Under the pieces are notes generated by a model. That model searched no databases. It had not been told where the DNA came from and worked only from the letters and a program-made list of their open reading frames with translations. Shown here in pieces: positions 50,502 through 63,734 of a DNA stretch of 64,000 nt (positions are counted from its first letter, which is position 1; the number at the start of each line of letters is the position of its first letter). The position numbers were made by a program, and so were the translations under genes. Origin of the DNA: Mobula hypostoma (taxonomy: Eukaryota); contig NC_086102.1 in the NCBI RefSeq assembly GCF_963921235.1, positions 85,064,001 to 85,128,000 of the forward strand, written 5' to 3'.

Positions 50502-51437
50502 TTAGTTTAAACCCTCCCTAACAGCTCTATTAAACTTTCCCGCCAGGATATTGGTCCCCTTCGGGTTCCGGTGTAACCGGTCCTTTTTGAACAGGTCATA
50601 CTTCCCCCAGAAGAGATCCCAATTATCCAAGAATCTGAAGCCCAGCCCCCTGCACCAGTCTCTCAGCCACGCATTCATCTGCCTGATCCTACTATTCTTG
50701 CCCTCGCTAGTACGTGGCATGGGTAGCAATCCCGAGATTACTACCCAGGAGGTCCTGCTTCTCAGCTTCCTTCCTAACTCCTGGAAATCTCTCTTCAGGA
50801 CCTCCTGCTTTGTCCTATCAATGTCATTGGTACCAACATGTACCAAGACAACTGGCTGCTCACCCTCCCCCTTCAGAATATTCAGGACCCGATCCGAGAC
50901 ATCCTGCACTCTGGCACCTGGGAGGCAACACACCATGCGGTTATCTCTATCAGGCTCACAGAATCTCCTGTCCGTTCCCCTGACTATGGAATCCCCTATG
51001 ACTACCGCATTTCTCTTCTCCCTCCTTCTCTCCTGCGGAACAGCGCCAGGCTCAGTGCCAGAAACCCGGTCACCATTGGCGTCCCCTGTCAGGTCATCCC
51101 CCTCAACAGCATCCAGAACAAGATATTTGTTGCTGAGGGGGACAGCCACAGGTGTGCTCTCCACTATCCGGGCATTTCCCTTCCCTCGCTTGACAGTGAC
51201 CCAGTTTCCTGACCCCTGTAGCCTAGGGATGACTACCTCCCTGTAGCTCCTGTCTATCACCTCTTCACTTTCCCTGATAAGCACTAGGTCATCAAGCTGC
51301 AGCTCCAGATCCCTAACACGGTCTCTGAGGAGCTGCATCTCGGTGCACCTGGTGCAGATGTGGCCATCAGGGAGGCTGGAGGTCTCCCAGGATTCCCACA
51401 TCTGACACCCTGAACAAAGCACTAACCCTACAGGCAT
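50502..51437 (-). CDS. CR1 ORF1p (Zn-finger/coiled-coil + SGNH esterase-like domain), intact 311 aa
   Basis: CxxC...CxxC N-terminus; VIGDSIVR, HVGTND and DRLH motifs. Confidence 0.85.
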   Translation of the reverse strand: MPVGLVLCSGCQMWESWETSSLPDGHICTRCTEMQLLRDRVRDLELQLDDLVLIRESEEVIDRSYREVVIPRLQGSGNWVTVKRGKGNARIVESTPVAVPLSNKYLVLDAVEGDDLTGDANGDRVSGTEPGAVPQERRREKRNAVVIGDSIVRGTDRRFCEPDRDNRMVCCLPGARVQDVSDRVLNILKGEGEQPVVLVHVGTNDIDRTKQEVLKRDFQELGRKLRSRTSWVVISGLLPMPRTSEGKNSRIRQMNAWLRDWCRGLGFRFLDNWDLFWGKYDLFKKDRLHRNPKGTNILAGKFNRAVREGLN

Positions 51438-51639
51438 GCTATCTAATTCTACAGGAATGAAACAGGAAAAATAAGTCTACTCACCCACTTACCTCACTAA
51501 ACAGACAAACTTTTTAAACCGTTAGCTCGTACCATTAGCTGTGAGAGCCCTGCTGTTCCTGTCTGTCCAGTCCGATTCACGAAAGGTGGGGGTGGGGGGA
51601 GAAGAAAAGAGTTGGTGCTTTGTTCTCGCCTCTTCCCGT

Positions 51640-54600
51640 TGTTACGTACCCCGTAACTGGGTTGCCAAACCAGCAGAAATAGACCACTCATTGGAGTCTG
51701 GATTATTAGGAACTAATAAAGTTTTATTAAAGAAGTAAGTAACACAGTACTCTAATCGTAAGGATATAAGTGCAAACAGGTTAGCAATCATAATACACAC
51801 ATGTACACAGAGCTAGGGTAATAGGGATCAACCAAGCTCTATCGCAGTCTAGGGGTAAAATGATCAGTCTTAAGTGACGCAGAGTTCAGTTCAGCTTAGT
51901 GTAGTTCGCAGTAATCTCTGTTGTGCCGTTGGAGAGGGAGGGGGATGCCATTTGATTCAGGCAGACCTTTGATGTCTTCACAGTTGGTTTTCGGGTGGAC
52001 CCTTTTATGTCTTCTATCCCACTGTGGTCACCGACTGTGACCCCTCCGTTCCGGATATGATCGTTCTTCTGTGGTGAAGCCAGCACCCAGGCAAGGGTGG
52101 ACACACACACCAGGTTCCCACCGATCGTACCTTTACACCCTGTGAGCCTCTGGTCGGTTCACGCGAACCGGACCTCCAAACTCTCACCGACTTGTGCAGG
52201 CACACCGCTCTTTCCAGGGTCTCGTTATCTCGTGATCTCGTGGTGTGTCGCGTGCCTTAGCGAACCTGCTCTTTTTATCCCCCTGTTGGGGTATCGCCTG
52301 TCCATCAAACTTCAAACAGTTCAGGTTCAAAGCAACCGGTCTGTCAATATTCTGGATTGTGTTTCTTTTCCGTTAATCCCTCTCTCCTCTCTTATTAGCA
52401 TTTTGAACGTTTCTCCATTTTCTCTCTTATCTCTCTCATTAGCATCATTCGCCTGATAGCTTTGTTTGGCGTCACACCCCTACCCTTCAAAGGATTTTTA
52501 CTGGGGTAAAAATCATGGGCATGAATGCACATTATTAGATACACACTAATATACAGGGTCATCAGCTATTCGGCTAATACAGAGAACTTTAAGTTTCAAC
52601 ACCTTGACAGACAGTCAGCAATCCCATTGTCCGTTCCTTTTATATGTTTTATTTTAATATCAAATTCCTGTAAGACCAGGCTCCAACTTAGTAACCTTTT
52701 GTTTTTATCCTTCATAGTGGCCAAAAACACTTAATGGGTTGTGATCAGTATAAGTTATCAGTGGTTTCCATGCCGGACAAATATAAACCTCCAAATGTTG
52801 TAATGCTAGTATGATTGCTAGTAATTCCTTCTCCACAGTGGAATAATTTCTCTGATGGATATTAACTTTCTTAGAAAAATAAGCCTCTGGGTGGTCAACC
52901 TCCTCTTTGTCTGTCTGCAACAGCACCGCCCCGGCTGCTTCGTCGCTAGCATCTGTTGCTAGGGAGAAGGGTCTTGAAAAGTCAGGTGCATTCAGCACAG
53001 GATGGTGACACAGAATCGCCTTCAGACTCTCGAAGGCCTGTTGAGAAAGGTCGTCCCACACAAACTTAGCATTCTTTGGCAAGAGCTTAGTAAGAGGGAG
53101 GGTAATATCTGCAAAGTTTTTGCAAAACTTCCGATAGTACCCCACCATCCCCAAGAACCTTCTCAGGGTCCTCTTGTCTGTCCGGGTGGGGACTTCAGAG
53201 ATAGCCTGCACCTTAGCCTGCATTGGTGCCAGCTGCCCCTGTCCTACCACAAATCCCGGATAAGTGACCTTCGCGTGGCCGAATTCACTTTTTGTGAGGT
53301 TCACTGTCAGGTTGGCTTCAGACAGCCGTTTAAACAGTTCCTCTACCGCGACAATGTGCTCCTCCCACGTGTCACTCCAGACCACTACATCGCCAATATA
53401 CGCTTCTGCGTTCTTTAGCCCTTTTGTCACTGAATTAATCATCCTATAGGGGTTTTGCTTACTAGGCTGACCTAATGTGACAACAACATCATGTACTGTC
53501 CCTTTGCATCGCTTCGGGACATCCGGACATACGTCTGCGTTCCGGTTAATTAGCTTTATTAGCAGCTCGCTCTGTTCGGGGGCTAAGTGAGAGACCTTAT
53601 CAGCAAAGTTGGCCAAAACAATAGAGTTCTCCAATCTGGTTGGCACCATATTTATCTTTTCAAGATGGGTTTTACCCTTATCAGGTGGCACCCCAGCCTC
53701 ATTAATTTTCGTGATAACACCGACTAGGTCTGCTTTCTTATCGTGGTAAGCTGTTAACATATTAATAGGCTGTAACTATGTCGGCTCACATCTACAATAC
53801 TCAATAATATCCTCCCTCATGCTCGGCCAGTAAAACTCTTTCATAATTCTATCGACTGTCTTCCTCACCCCAAAATGTCCACCAAGGGGTATCTTGTGGG
53901 CCAGATTCAAAATCTCATCCCCATAAATTTTCGGCACTACCACTTGGTGCACCATCCCCCATTCCTCATCTGTGGGCACGGTACTTGGTCTCCATTTCCT
54001 CATTAGTACTCCCTCCTTCACATAATAGCCCACTGGCTCCCTTTTTAATTCTGCTTCGGAGAGAGCTGTCTCCGTCAAAACCATCAGCTCCTCGTCTCGT
54101 TCCTGTGCCTGTATAAATTCCTTCCTTGCTAACGATAAGTCTGCCTCAACTCTCTCACTTCCTTCCGCTTCACTATGCTCCTTCTTCTCACTTTCTAACC
54201 CCTCCTGGTACAAGGCTGGTAAAAACATCTCAGCTAAATCTATATTCACTTCGGCAGCCTTTCTGGACATGCGCCGAGTCACTGCGCAAACGGGATAAAC
54301 CTGTGAGTCCATGGGCGGGGCCTCAATGCTGGCAGGCTGGCTTGTCAGTTTTACTACTGAGCATACATCTCCGCCTGCAAGGTCATTACTGAGTAAGACC
54401 TCCACGTCTTCCATCGGTAGTTTCGGTAGTTCGGGCCTCACCCCTATCCGGAGACCAAGTCACTTTTTAGGTGTATCTGGTGCAAAGGTATTGCTTCAGT
54501 CCCTTTCCCAATGCCTTTTTATCATACTGACCTCCCCAGTCTCGGACTCTGAACTAAAGTCTAACACGCTCCTTAAGATCAATGACTGACAAGCCCCAGT

Positions 54601-56809
54601 GTCTCTCCAGATCCGTACTGGAACTGGGTTTGACCCCTCCTTCACCGACACCAATCCGGCCAAAATAAACTTCTCACGTCCTTCCTGAACTCTATCAGAC
54701 CTCTTCTCCCCTAGCGATTTGTTTGCCAGCTCAATACAGCCAGTCGGGAGTCATCATTTTTCCTTTTCCCATCTCCTTCTTTGGGGCAAAGCACCTGGAT
54801 GCAAAGTGACCGGCTTTCCCACAATTATAGCATACGACCCCAAGAGACTTCCTACCAAACTGCTTCCTGTCTTCCTTATCCTTCTCACTAGTCCCTGGCT
54901 TACTTTCTGGCTTTTCTGGCGGACTCTCTCCGCCCTCTCGACTACCCTTCTGGTAACTTTTACTCAGGATAAGCTTTGCTTTGTGTGTTAACGCGTACTC
55001 ATCCGCTAACTTAGCAGTTGCGGCTAAAGTTTCTGCCTCTTTCTCATCTAGATAGGGCCTCATACCTTCAGGGACACAACCTTTAAATTGCTCAATCAGT
55101 ATTAGCTGTAGCAGTCTGTCATAATCTCCAGTGACCCCTTTCGAGGCACAGCAACACTCACAATACATCTGCATCTCACAGGCAAACTCTAAATACATGC
55201 GGCCCCACTGCTGCCTCACATTCCGGAACCTCTGCCGGTATGCCTCCGGGACCAACTCATAAATCCAGAGTATAGCCTCTTTCATCACATCATACCTCTG
55301 GGCATCTTCTGAGGAAAATGCCGAGGAAGCTTGCTGAGCCTTCCCTTTAGGTACGCTCTGAAGCAAAACAGCCCACTTATCCCTCGGCCAGTCCTGACTT
55401 GCAGTGACTTTTTCAAAATGTAGAAAGTACCGATCAACATCGACCTCCTCAAATGGGGGAACCAGCCTAACTTCCTGGGTCGCCCTGAACCCTCCACCTT
55501 GGTTCGGCATGGGGCCCTGCGCTAGCGTCATCCTTAACCTCTCCAGCTCAAATTCTCTCTCTCTTGCCATTCTGTCTGTCTCTTCTCGTTCCAACTGCTT
55601 TATTCAGAACTCGTGCTCTAGTCTCAATTTTTCTATCTGCAGCTGCACTGCCTCTCCACCCGGTTTGCCCGTAGATACCACCTCCAGCTCCCCTTGGGGA
55701 AACACACCTTTAGATACATAATGCTCTATGATAGCTCTGTGCATCTCCGCTCTCCTCATTGTCGACTTCCCCATAAAAAGACTCAACCGTTTGGCCGCAG
55801 TTGCCAATTCGGATTTCCTGGTATCCTCTAATGCCTCCAAGGTTGGCGCCTTTAGAAATTCCTCAATCTCCATTTCTGCTGTTTGCCCTTTCTTTCTTTC
55901 GGGAATTTTAATCCAATCAATTTACCCAGTCCCAAATTTGGCATTCAAAATTGCGGACGAGATCCCCACTTATGTTACGTACCCCGTAACTGGGTTGCCA
56001 AACCAGCAGAAATGGACCACTCGTTGGAGTCTGGATTACTAGGAACTAATAAAGTTTTATTAAAGAAATAAGTAACACAGTACTCTAATCGTAAGGATAT
56101 AAATGCAGACAGGTTAGCAATCATAATACACATATGTACACAGAACTAGGGTAATAAGGATCAACCAAGCTCTTTCGCAGTCTAGGGTAAAATTGATCAG
56201 TCTTAAGTGACACAGAGTTCAGTTCAGCTTAGTACAGTTCACAGTAATCTCTGTTGTGCCGTTGGAGAGAGGGAGGGGGATGCAATTTGATTCAGGCAGA
56301 CCTTTGATGTCTTCGCAGTTGGTTTTCGGGCAGACCCTTTTATGTCTTCTATCCTGCTGTGGTCACTGCCTGTGACCCCTCCGTTCTGGATACGACCGTT
56401 CTTCTGTGGTGAACCCAGCACCCAGGCAAGGGCGGACACACACACCAGGTTCCCACCAATCGTACCTTTACACCCTGTGAGCCTATGGTCGGTCCCGCGA
56501 ACCGGACCTCCAAACTCCCATCAACTTGTGGGGTACACCGCACTTTCCCGGGTCTCATTATCTCTTGATCTCGTGGTGTGTCGCGTGCCTTCGCGAACCT
56601 GCTCTTTTTATCCCCCTGTTGGGGTATCGCCTGTCCATCAAACTTCAAACAGTTCAGGTTCAAGACAAACGGTCCGTCAATATTCTGGATTGTGTTTCTT
56701 TTCCGTCAATCCCTCTCTCCTCTCTTATTAGCATTCTGAATGTTTCTCCATTGTCTCTCTTATTTCTCTCATTAGCATCACTCACCCGATAGCTTTGTTT
56801 GGCGTCACA
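51640..56809 (-). mobile_element. Gmr1-like Gypsy LTR retrotransposon, internally deleted
   Basis: Two 837-bp LTRs (51640-52476, 55973-56809), TSD CCGT, tRNA-Pro-like PBS (TGGGGATCTCGTCC), PPT GAAGGGTAGGGG. Order: gag with CCHC knuckle, protease RDTGA, integrase HHCC, then RT/RNase H. Confidence 0.93.
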
Positions 56810-58299
56810 CCGTTTACCGCCGAAGCCCGTTGAAGCCAAAGCCCTACACTCTGCTCCCACTTACTCCGCTGCCCGCTCCAACAGCTGCCCGCTGTATAGG
56901 GTCGTCTCCTTTTTAAACTCGCCGCGCAGTCCTGTTGACGTCACACGCCTGTGCAGTCTCATCTTTTTTGCACTCGAAGAAGCTTTTTCTAAAAAAAATT
57001 GCCTTCCTTCAGAATTCAGCTCCCACAACGCACTGTAGTCCCGATCCAAAAGACAGCCATTGGTAGCAACCTGCCTTTTTAAACTCTCCTCGCTGTCCTG
57101 TTGACGTCACGTGCCTGCGCAGTCTCATCCTTCTTGCACTCGAAGAAGTTTAAAAAAAAATCTGGGGAGAACTTGTAATACTCCTCTCCCTTGCAGAATT
57201 CCTCTCCACTTAGGCCTGCAGTTCTAACTGTTGCAGATGCAGTACCTGTTTGGTGACTACTTGTTTGAATTAACACCTGAAGGTGTCCCATAATTAATAA
57301 TAATCTCTATGCACATATGCTGGAAAACCTCTGGAGTTCAAGCTCCACAGTTGGATTTAATGAGGGGTGCAGAGTCAGAGTGTGGTAGTCCTTTCAGTGT
57401 CGGTAAGCTTTGTGGGTCAACAGCATTTGGATGTGTTGCCAAGAGACTCCTAAACTTCCTCATGGTTACACAGGTCAGTGCCATATGGAACTGGCAGATA
57501 TTTAGTGGAAGATTTAGCCCAATGTTTCTTTAAATTATTCAGTTCAGCTTGAATTGCATATCTCATTTGCCTTTGTGTCTCAAACTCCGTTTATGCCTTT
57601 ATTTCCAGGCTAATCATGATCTTTCCGATCAGTTTTTCCAAAGGACATGCAACTCAGAAACAGACCATTCACTTCATCGTGTCTTGCTGATGTTTATGAT
57701 CACGTGATGTTTATACCACTTGCATCCTCTTGAGAAGGAGAAAATGCTAGAAGAGTATCAAGTAGCATTTTGTGAAATAATTAATGTTGCAGGCTAGGCT
57801 GGAGAGAAGCCACGTTTCAGACAATTCATCAGAACCTGGAGAAGTTAGAGAAGTGATTGGTTCTAAGCAGCAGGGAAAGGAAAGATGAAAAGGAGGCATT
57901 TGTGTGATTATGAGGCTGAATGATGCAGGATGGCAGCATGAAGAAACAAAGCATGGATTTAGTTGAGGTGTAAATCAGAAGAGCACGCAAATGTTGAAAA
58001 AAATTAAACTTTGAATCCTAAATGCTAAAATTTATTTACATTTTTTGTTTATAAGAAGCAGGATGCGCTCTTGGCCATTCAGCCCTTTTGAATCTGCTGC
58101 ACTATTGGCCAAGATTATAGCTGACCTATCAAGGTTTTGCCTTTGCACCCCCTCAGCAGCATGGTAGCCTAGTGGTTAGCACAAAGCTTTACAGTACCAG
58201 TGACCCGGGTTCAATTCCTGCCTCTGTCTGTAAGGAGTTTGCATGTTCTCCCCATGACTGTGTAGGTTTACTCTGGGTACTTTTTAGAGTATCACTGTA

Positions 58300-59796
58300 C
58301 AGGTGTCCCCCGCTTTTCAAAACCTCACTGTTACGAAAGACCTACGTTAGTTACCTGTTTTCGCTAACAGAAAAGGTGTTTTCACTGTTACGAAAAAAGG
58401 CAGCGCGTGAAAATAATCAGCGCACGCCCCGATAAACCACTCCTCCCCTGGACTCGGAACTGTATTCTCGCCGGCATTGCTTAGACACATGCCTGTGAGC
58501 AGCCGTTAGCAAGATGAGTTCTAAGGTATCGGAAAAGCTAGAAAGAGCTCGTAAGGGTGTTACACTTAGCGTAAAACTAGACATAATTAAGCCTTTTGAT
58601 CACAGTGAACGAAGTAAGGACAAAGTGAGTTTGGCTTGTGGAAGTTGACGAAGATGATTTGGCATCTCATGACCAAGAACTGATAGATGAAGAGCTGATG
58701 CAATTGGAAGAGGGAAGGATAACAATCAAAACCGAATGCAGTAGCGAACGGATCGAAAGTGAAGTCGTCCAGGAACTGAACGTGAAGCAACTGCGTGAGA
58801 TTTTCGCTGTAATGATAAAGTACGACTTTAATTTTGAAAGGTTACATTGGTTTAGGGCAAATTTGCAGGATGGTTTGAGTCCTTACAAAGAACTGTATGA
58901 TCTAAAAATGCACGAGACTCAACAGTCAAGCAAGCCTTCCACATCAGCCACAGCAGACGACGAACCTCGACTTTCGACATCAAGGCAGGCAGAGATAGAT
59001 GCTTGCCCTGATGGAAACAGACGACGAGATGACACCGCAGTGTCCCACCACCCCAACTTCCGGGCCGCGGACAGATACTGATCCGCGAAGAATGCAGCGT
59101 TGGCTGGAATGCACCCAGCACATCCTTAAGAAAAAAGCCGAAATAAACAAGCTAATTAATTACGTGCCGGGTGGCACCTAATTAATTAGCTTGTTTGTTT
59201 CGGCTTTTTTCTTAAAGATGTGCTGGGTGCGTCCCAGCTACCGCTGTACCCCTGCATGCTTCGCAGATCAGCATCGGCTTGCTGCCCAGAGGGTGAGGAC
59301 CACTGCAACCTCCAACGACTCAGCCTAACACACCATCGTTAGTGTGCTCGATGTCTTCCCGATTCCTATAAGTGATACTACACTGTACATACATTATTTC
59401 TACTTTATGTGGGCTGTGTATTTTTACGTGTTATTTGGTATGATTTGGCAGCTTCATAGCTTAAAGATTACTGGAGAGTGCTTGCGCCGTGTTTCTGCCG
59501 AGAGCGCTTGCGTGAGATTTTCGCTGCAGAGGACAGTGCGGCAATGGTTGTGGAGAAGTATTTCTACTTTATATAGGCTGTGTATTCATCATATCATTCC
59601 TGCTTTTACTATATGTTACTGTTGTTTTAGGTTTTATGTGTTATTTGGCATGATTTGGTGGGTTATTTTTGGGTCTGCGAGCACTCACAAATTTTTCCCA
59701 TATAAGTTAATGGTAATTGCTTCTTCGCTTTACGACATTCCGGCTTATGAACCATTTCGTAGGAACACTGTACCTTCGGATGGCGGGGGAAACCTG
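58300..59796 (+). mobile_element. Tigger/pogo-like DNA transposon derivative
   Basis: TA TSD and TIRs CAGGT(G/T)TCCCCCGC. Transposase remnants (RKGVTLSVKLDIIK; LASHDQELIDEELMQLEE). Confidence 0.82.
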
Positions 59797-61464
59797 TACG
59801 TGTATCAATATGAGTAATGACTTTGTCAGCTTCCGAAGCAAGTCTCTTAAGTGGCCTCCCACTGTGAAACTGGAAGTTTGTGTTCTGAAGAAACAAAGGT
59901 GTCTGATTACTATGGGGAGTTGCATGTAAATAAGTTTTATTGTGAAGACTACTTGTTTGAATTAATACATGATGTCCCATAATTAATAATAATCCCTAAA
60001 AAGTGGCAAAAGCTCAATGCAATCCCATTTTGTAAAATTTAGACCGCTAAAGGAAGAGCAATTACTAAAAGTGGCATCAGAGAGGAGACTAGTTCTACTG
60101 TTTATAGGAAACAACGTTGGACTTTTTGAATTTAGTGATATTTATGAGTGCTCGTTTGTATGTACTGTATAGGTATCCATAAGCTGGGTGTTCATAACTG
60201 AAGGAGGAACTGTACTCAAATCCTCTTGCAATAATGGCCAACATTTCATCTGTCTTTCTAATGGTTGCTACACCAGCATATTAACTTTCATGTACAAGGA
60301 TGCCTAAATTCCTTTGAATGTCAATATTTTCCATTCTCTCACCATTTTAAAAATATCCTCTGGCTTTTCCCCATTGTTGTTGCCCAGTAAATTAGCTTTT
60401 CCATAACCCCTCGAAGCCTCTTCATCGCTACTCACATTCCCACTTATCTGCATGTAATCAAGAAATTTAGCAGCAATGAATTAGCTACATAGATTGAGTA
60501 TAATTGGAGTCTCAGCACTGATTCCTGAAGTACCCACTAGTCACAGTCTCCCAATTCAAGAAGGACCTGTTATCCAACTACTTTTCAACTGTTAACCAGC
60601 TGAATATCCACATTAGTCCATATCTCCAAATTCACATGCTCTAACCTTATTCAGTAATCTTCTTTGTGATACATGATCAAAACCCTTTTATAAATCTAGA
60701 TTCATCTGCTGATTTCCCTCTTATCTACTCTATCAGAAACTGTAGAACTTGATTTCCTTTTTAGTCATTCTATGTTGACTCTGCTTAATCGTGCTATTTT
60801 CTAAGTTTGTTAATTTTTTAAAATATAGATTGCTTCATTTTACCAACTATTGATACTACTTTGATAACTGCCAGTTTACTTTCACCATGCATTATTAAAT
60901 AGTGTGGTTATGTTTGCTATCCTCCAATCTGCAGAAATCATTTCTGAACGTGTTGAATTTTGGAAGGTAGTATCCAGAATATTTGTTATTTCTATAGCCA
61001 CAGTTTAAAACTGTGGAATTTACATCACTAAGTCATCAGAATTTCTCCTTGCCCCCCATTATAAATTTTCTAATCTCAGGCTGTGACATACACCCATTTT
61101 CCCCTACTAGTCTTCTCTGTGCTACCTATCGAAGTCCTTACAGTCTAGTCTCTTATATCCCATCTTTTCTTTAATTGTCAATTTCTTGATCATAATTTCC
61201 TGAATTCTAAAATACACCCACTCATCCAGCCTACTATTTTTCTTTTGAAACCTTCTAAGCCTTTTCCATCTCAAATCCTCAGAGTAAAGGTATTCATGTT
61301 CCTATCTGTTTGATGACATTCCCGTACGCCATATGTTCTGACTGCAGTTCTACCCGAAACACACACAAGCTCCCAACCAAAGCATGCATCATCTGAAATA
61401 GGATGAAATGCAAGATTTTGAGTACTATACAGCATCTTCAAGATTTTTTTAGTTTCTAAATATA

Positions 61465-61779
61465 ATAAAGGCATCCGTTAGTCTTGCGAGACCATGGATC
61501 TGCGCCTGAAAGTCTTCACTCTCCTGGGCACAGGCCTGGGCAAGGTTGTATGGAAGACCAGCAGTTGCCCATGCTGCAGGTCTCCCCTCTCCATGACACC
61601 AATGTTGTCCAAGGGAAGGGCATTAGGACCCATACAGCTTGGCACCAGTGTTGTCGCAGAGCAATGTGTCATTAAGTGCCTTGCTCAAGGACACAACACA
61701 TTCCCTCGGCTGGGGCTCGAACTCACGACCTTCAGGTTGCTAGTCCAATGCCTTAACCACTTGGCCACGTGCCCACACA
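61465..61779 (-). mobile_element. tRNA-derived CORE-type SINE
   Basis: A box TGGCCAAGTGG, B box GTTCGAGCC, CORE-like GTGTCCTTGAGCAAGGCACTTAA; 11-bp TSD TTCTAAATATA. Confidence 0.82.
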
Positions 61780-62196
61780 TTCTAAATATACTGTGCATTA
61801 TCTTAACAGTTAACTTTTCAAAGATTTCAATATGATTGATCAAATGTGAAATTCCCCTTTGGAATTTATTATTAACTCTTCAACAAATAATTCGTAATCT
61901 TTTCTAATGCTCTTATCAAACTGATCAGTCTGCAGTAAATTGGACTTACTTTTTTTCTCTTCTCACATTTAAGAATTCAGCTATAATTTTCCTAGATCTT
62001 TTTTCTAATGAATTTTTTACATATTTATTTTTAATATATCCATATACTGCTGACCACATCTGGGTTTTCTCGTCACTATTTTTGATTGATATGTTAATGT
62101 GGAAGATTTGCTTCTACTGGAGAAAGAGGTGTTTAGCCAGACTGCTTAGACAAGGTGCAAGTGTTCTGTAACACGAGTGGTGTATACTTACAATAA

Positions 62197-62445
<249 letters not shown>

Positions 62446-63147
62446 TAACTATGCTTCAGAAAGTGGTTGTCAGCTATTAGGTGGGTACTTCCACAATGTT
62501 GGTGAATGCAGAGTTCCAGGATTTGAATCCAGTAACGATAATGAAACAGCAGTGCTTTTCCCAGTCCAGATGGGAAGCTTGTGTGCAATGCTAATCTCAT
62601 TGTCCTGTTATTTGTCATTTTAGCTCGTAGAAATACTAGGTTTCGGAGGTATTAAAAGAATCCTTGGTAAGTTGCTACAGAGCAAGGTTTCCCAAGCTCT
62701 TCTATGCCACGGACCTCTCTCATTAACCAAGGGGTCCCTGGACCCCAGCTTGGGTACTTAGAGATGCTGCTTCTGTAGTCGTAATATACCAGTGGTCCAG
62801 GGAACGAATACTTTTAGGTAATGGCTTGGATATCAATCAATTCAGCTGGGACATCCTTGAGGGTGTCATGTTTACCCAAACTGTAGTGATTCAAAGAAAA
62901 ACAGTACTTTCATACAATGGAAGAGCTTGCAGCAGCATTTCAGAGAGCAGTTTAATATCAACAAAGTTGCTGTTGGTCTGAGAGTCATCTATGAGAAGGA
63001 CTGGGTAAGGACAATGGTTTTTCTCAATAATATTCGTGAACCTGAGAGCATTTAAGACAATTGTTTAATTTCCAGTTCAACTGATGTGAAGAGGCACTGC
63101 TGATCATGCAAATTGTGTCAGCTCCGAGATCTTGATTGAAATGGTCT

Positions 63148-63590
63148 NNNNNNNNNNNNNNNNNNNNNNNNNNNNNNNNNNNNNNNNNNNNNNNNNNNNN
63201 NNNNNNNNNNNNNNNNNNNNNNNNNNNNNNNNNNNNNNNNNNNNNNNNNNNNNNNNNNNNNNNNNNNNNNNNNNNNNNNNNNNNNNNNNNNNNNNNNNNN
63301 NNNNNNNNNNNNNNNNNNNNNNNNNNNNNNNNNNNNNNNNNNNNNNNNNNNNNNNNNNNNNNNNNNNNNNNNNNNNNNNNNNNNNNNNNNNNNNNNNNNN
63401 NNNNNNNNNNNNNNNNNNNNNNNNNNNNNNNNNNNNNNNNNNNNNNNNNNNNNNNNNNNNNNNNNNNNNNNNNNNNNNNNNNNNNNNNNNNNNNNNNNNN
63501 NNNNNNNNNNNNNNNNNNNNNNNNNNNNNNNNNNNNNNNNNNNNNNNNNNNNNNNNNNNNNNNNNNNNNNNNNNNNNNNNNNNNNNNNNN
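63148..63590. other. Assembly gap (443 N)
   Basis: Run of N. Confidence 1.
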
Positions 63591-63734
63591 AATCTCAGTT
63601 TTAGCTCGGGATTGTACTCTTGGGCTCAACCTGACAAAAGATCCCTCTCTCCAAAAGCACAATCACTTCTACAGTTCTGATCGAAAATCTCCAGAACCTC
63701 CCTTGGCAACTAGATCCTCGACTATCTAATTGGA

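Larger units (their letters stand above)
47448..57160 (-). mobile_element. Full-length CR1 LINE (ORF2 disrupted; 5' UTR interrupted by a Gypsy element)
   Basis: (TCTTATGG)n tail at ~47450; RT (SGVPQGSVLGP, KFADNTK) and APE (LNARSI, GDFN, SDHN) in several frames; ORF1 at 50502-51437; 5' UTR resumes at 56814. Confidence 0.93.

Noticed and set aside
50502-51437. Domesticated host esterase gene
   Set aside because: It sits in the canonical ORF1 position of a full CR1; no evidence of exaptation.
61690-61779. tRNA gene
   Set aside because: The tRNA-like head continues into a CORE domain and tail with a TSD, so it is a SINE.
63024-63729. Long ORFs near the right end
   Set aside because: Artefacts of translating through the N gap.
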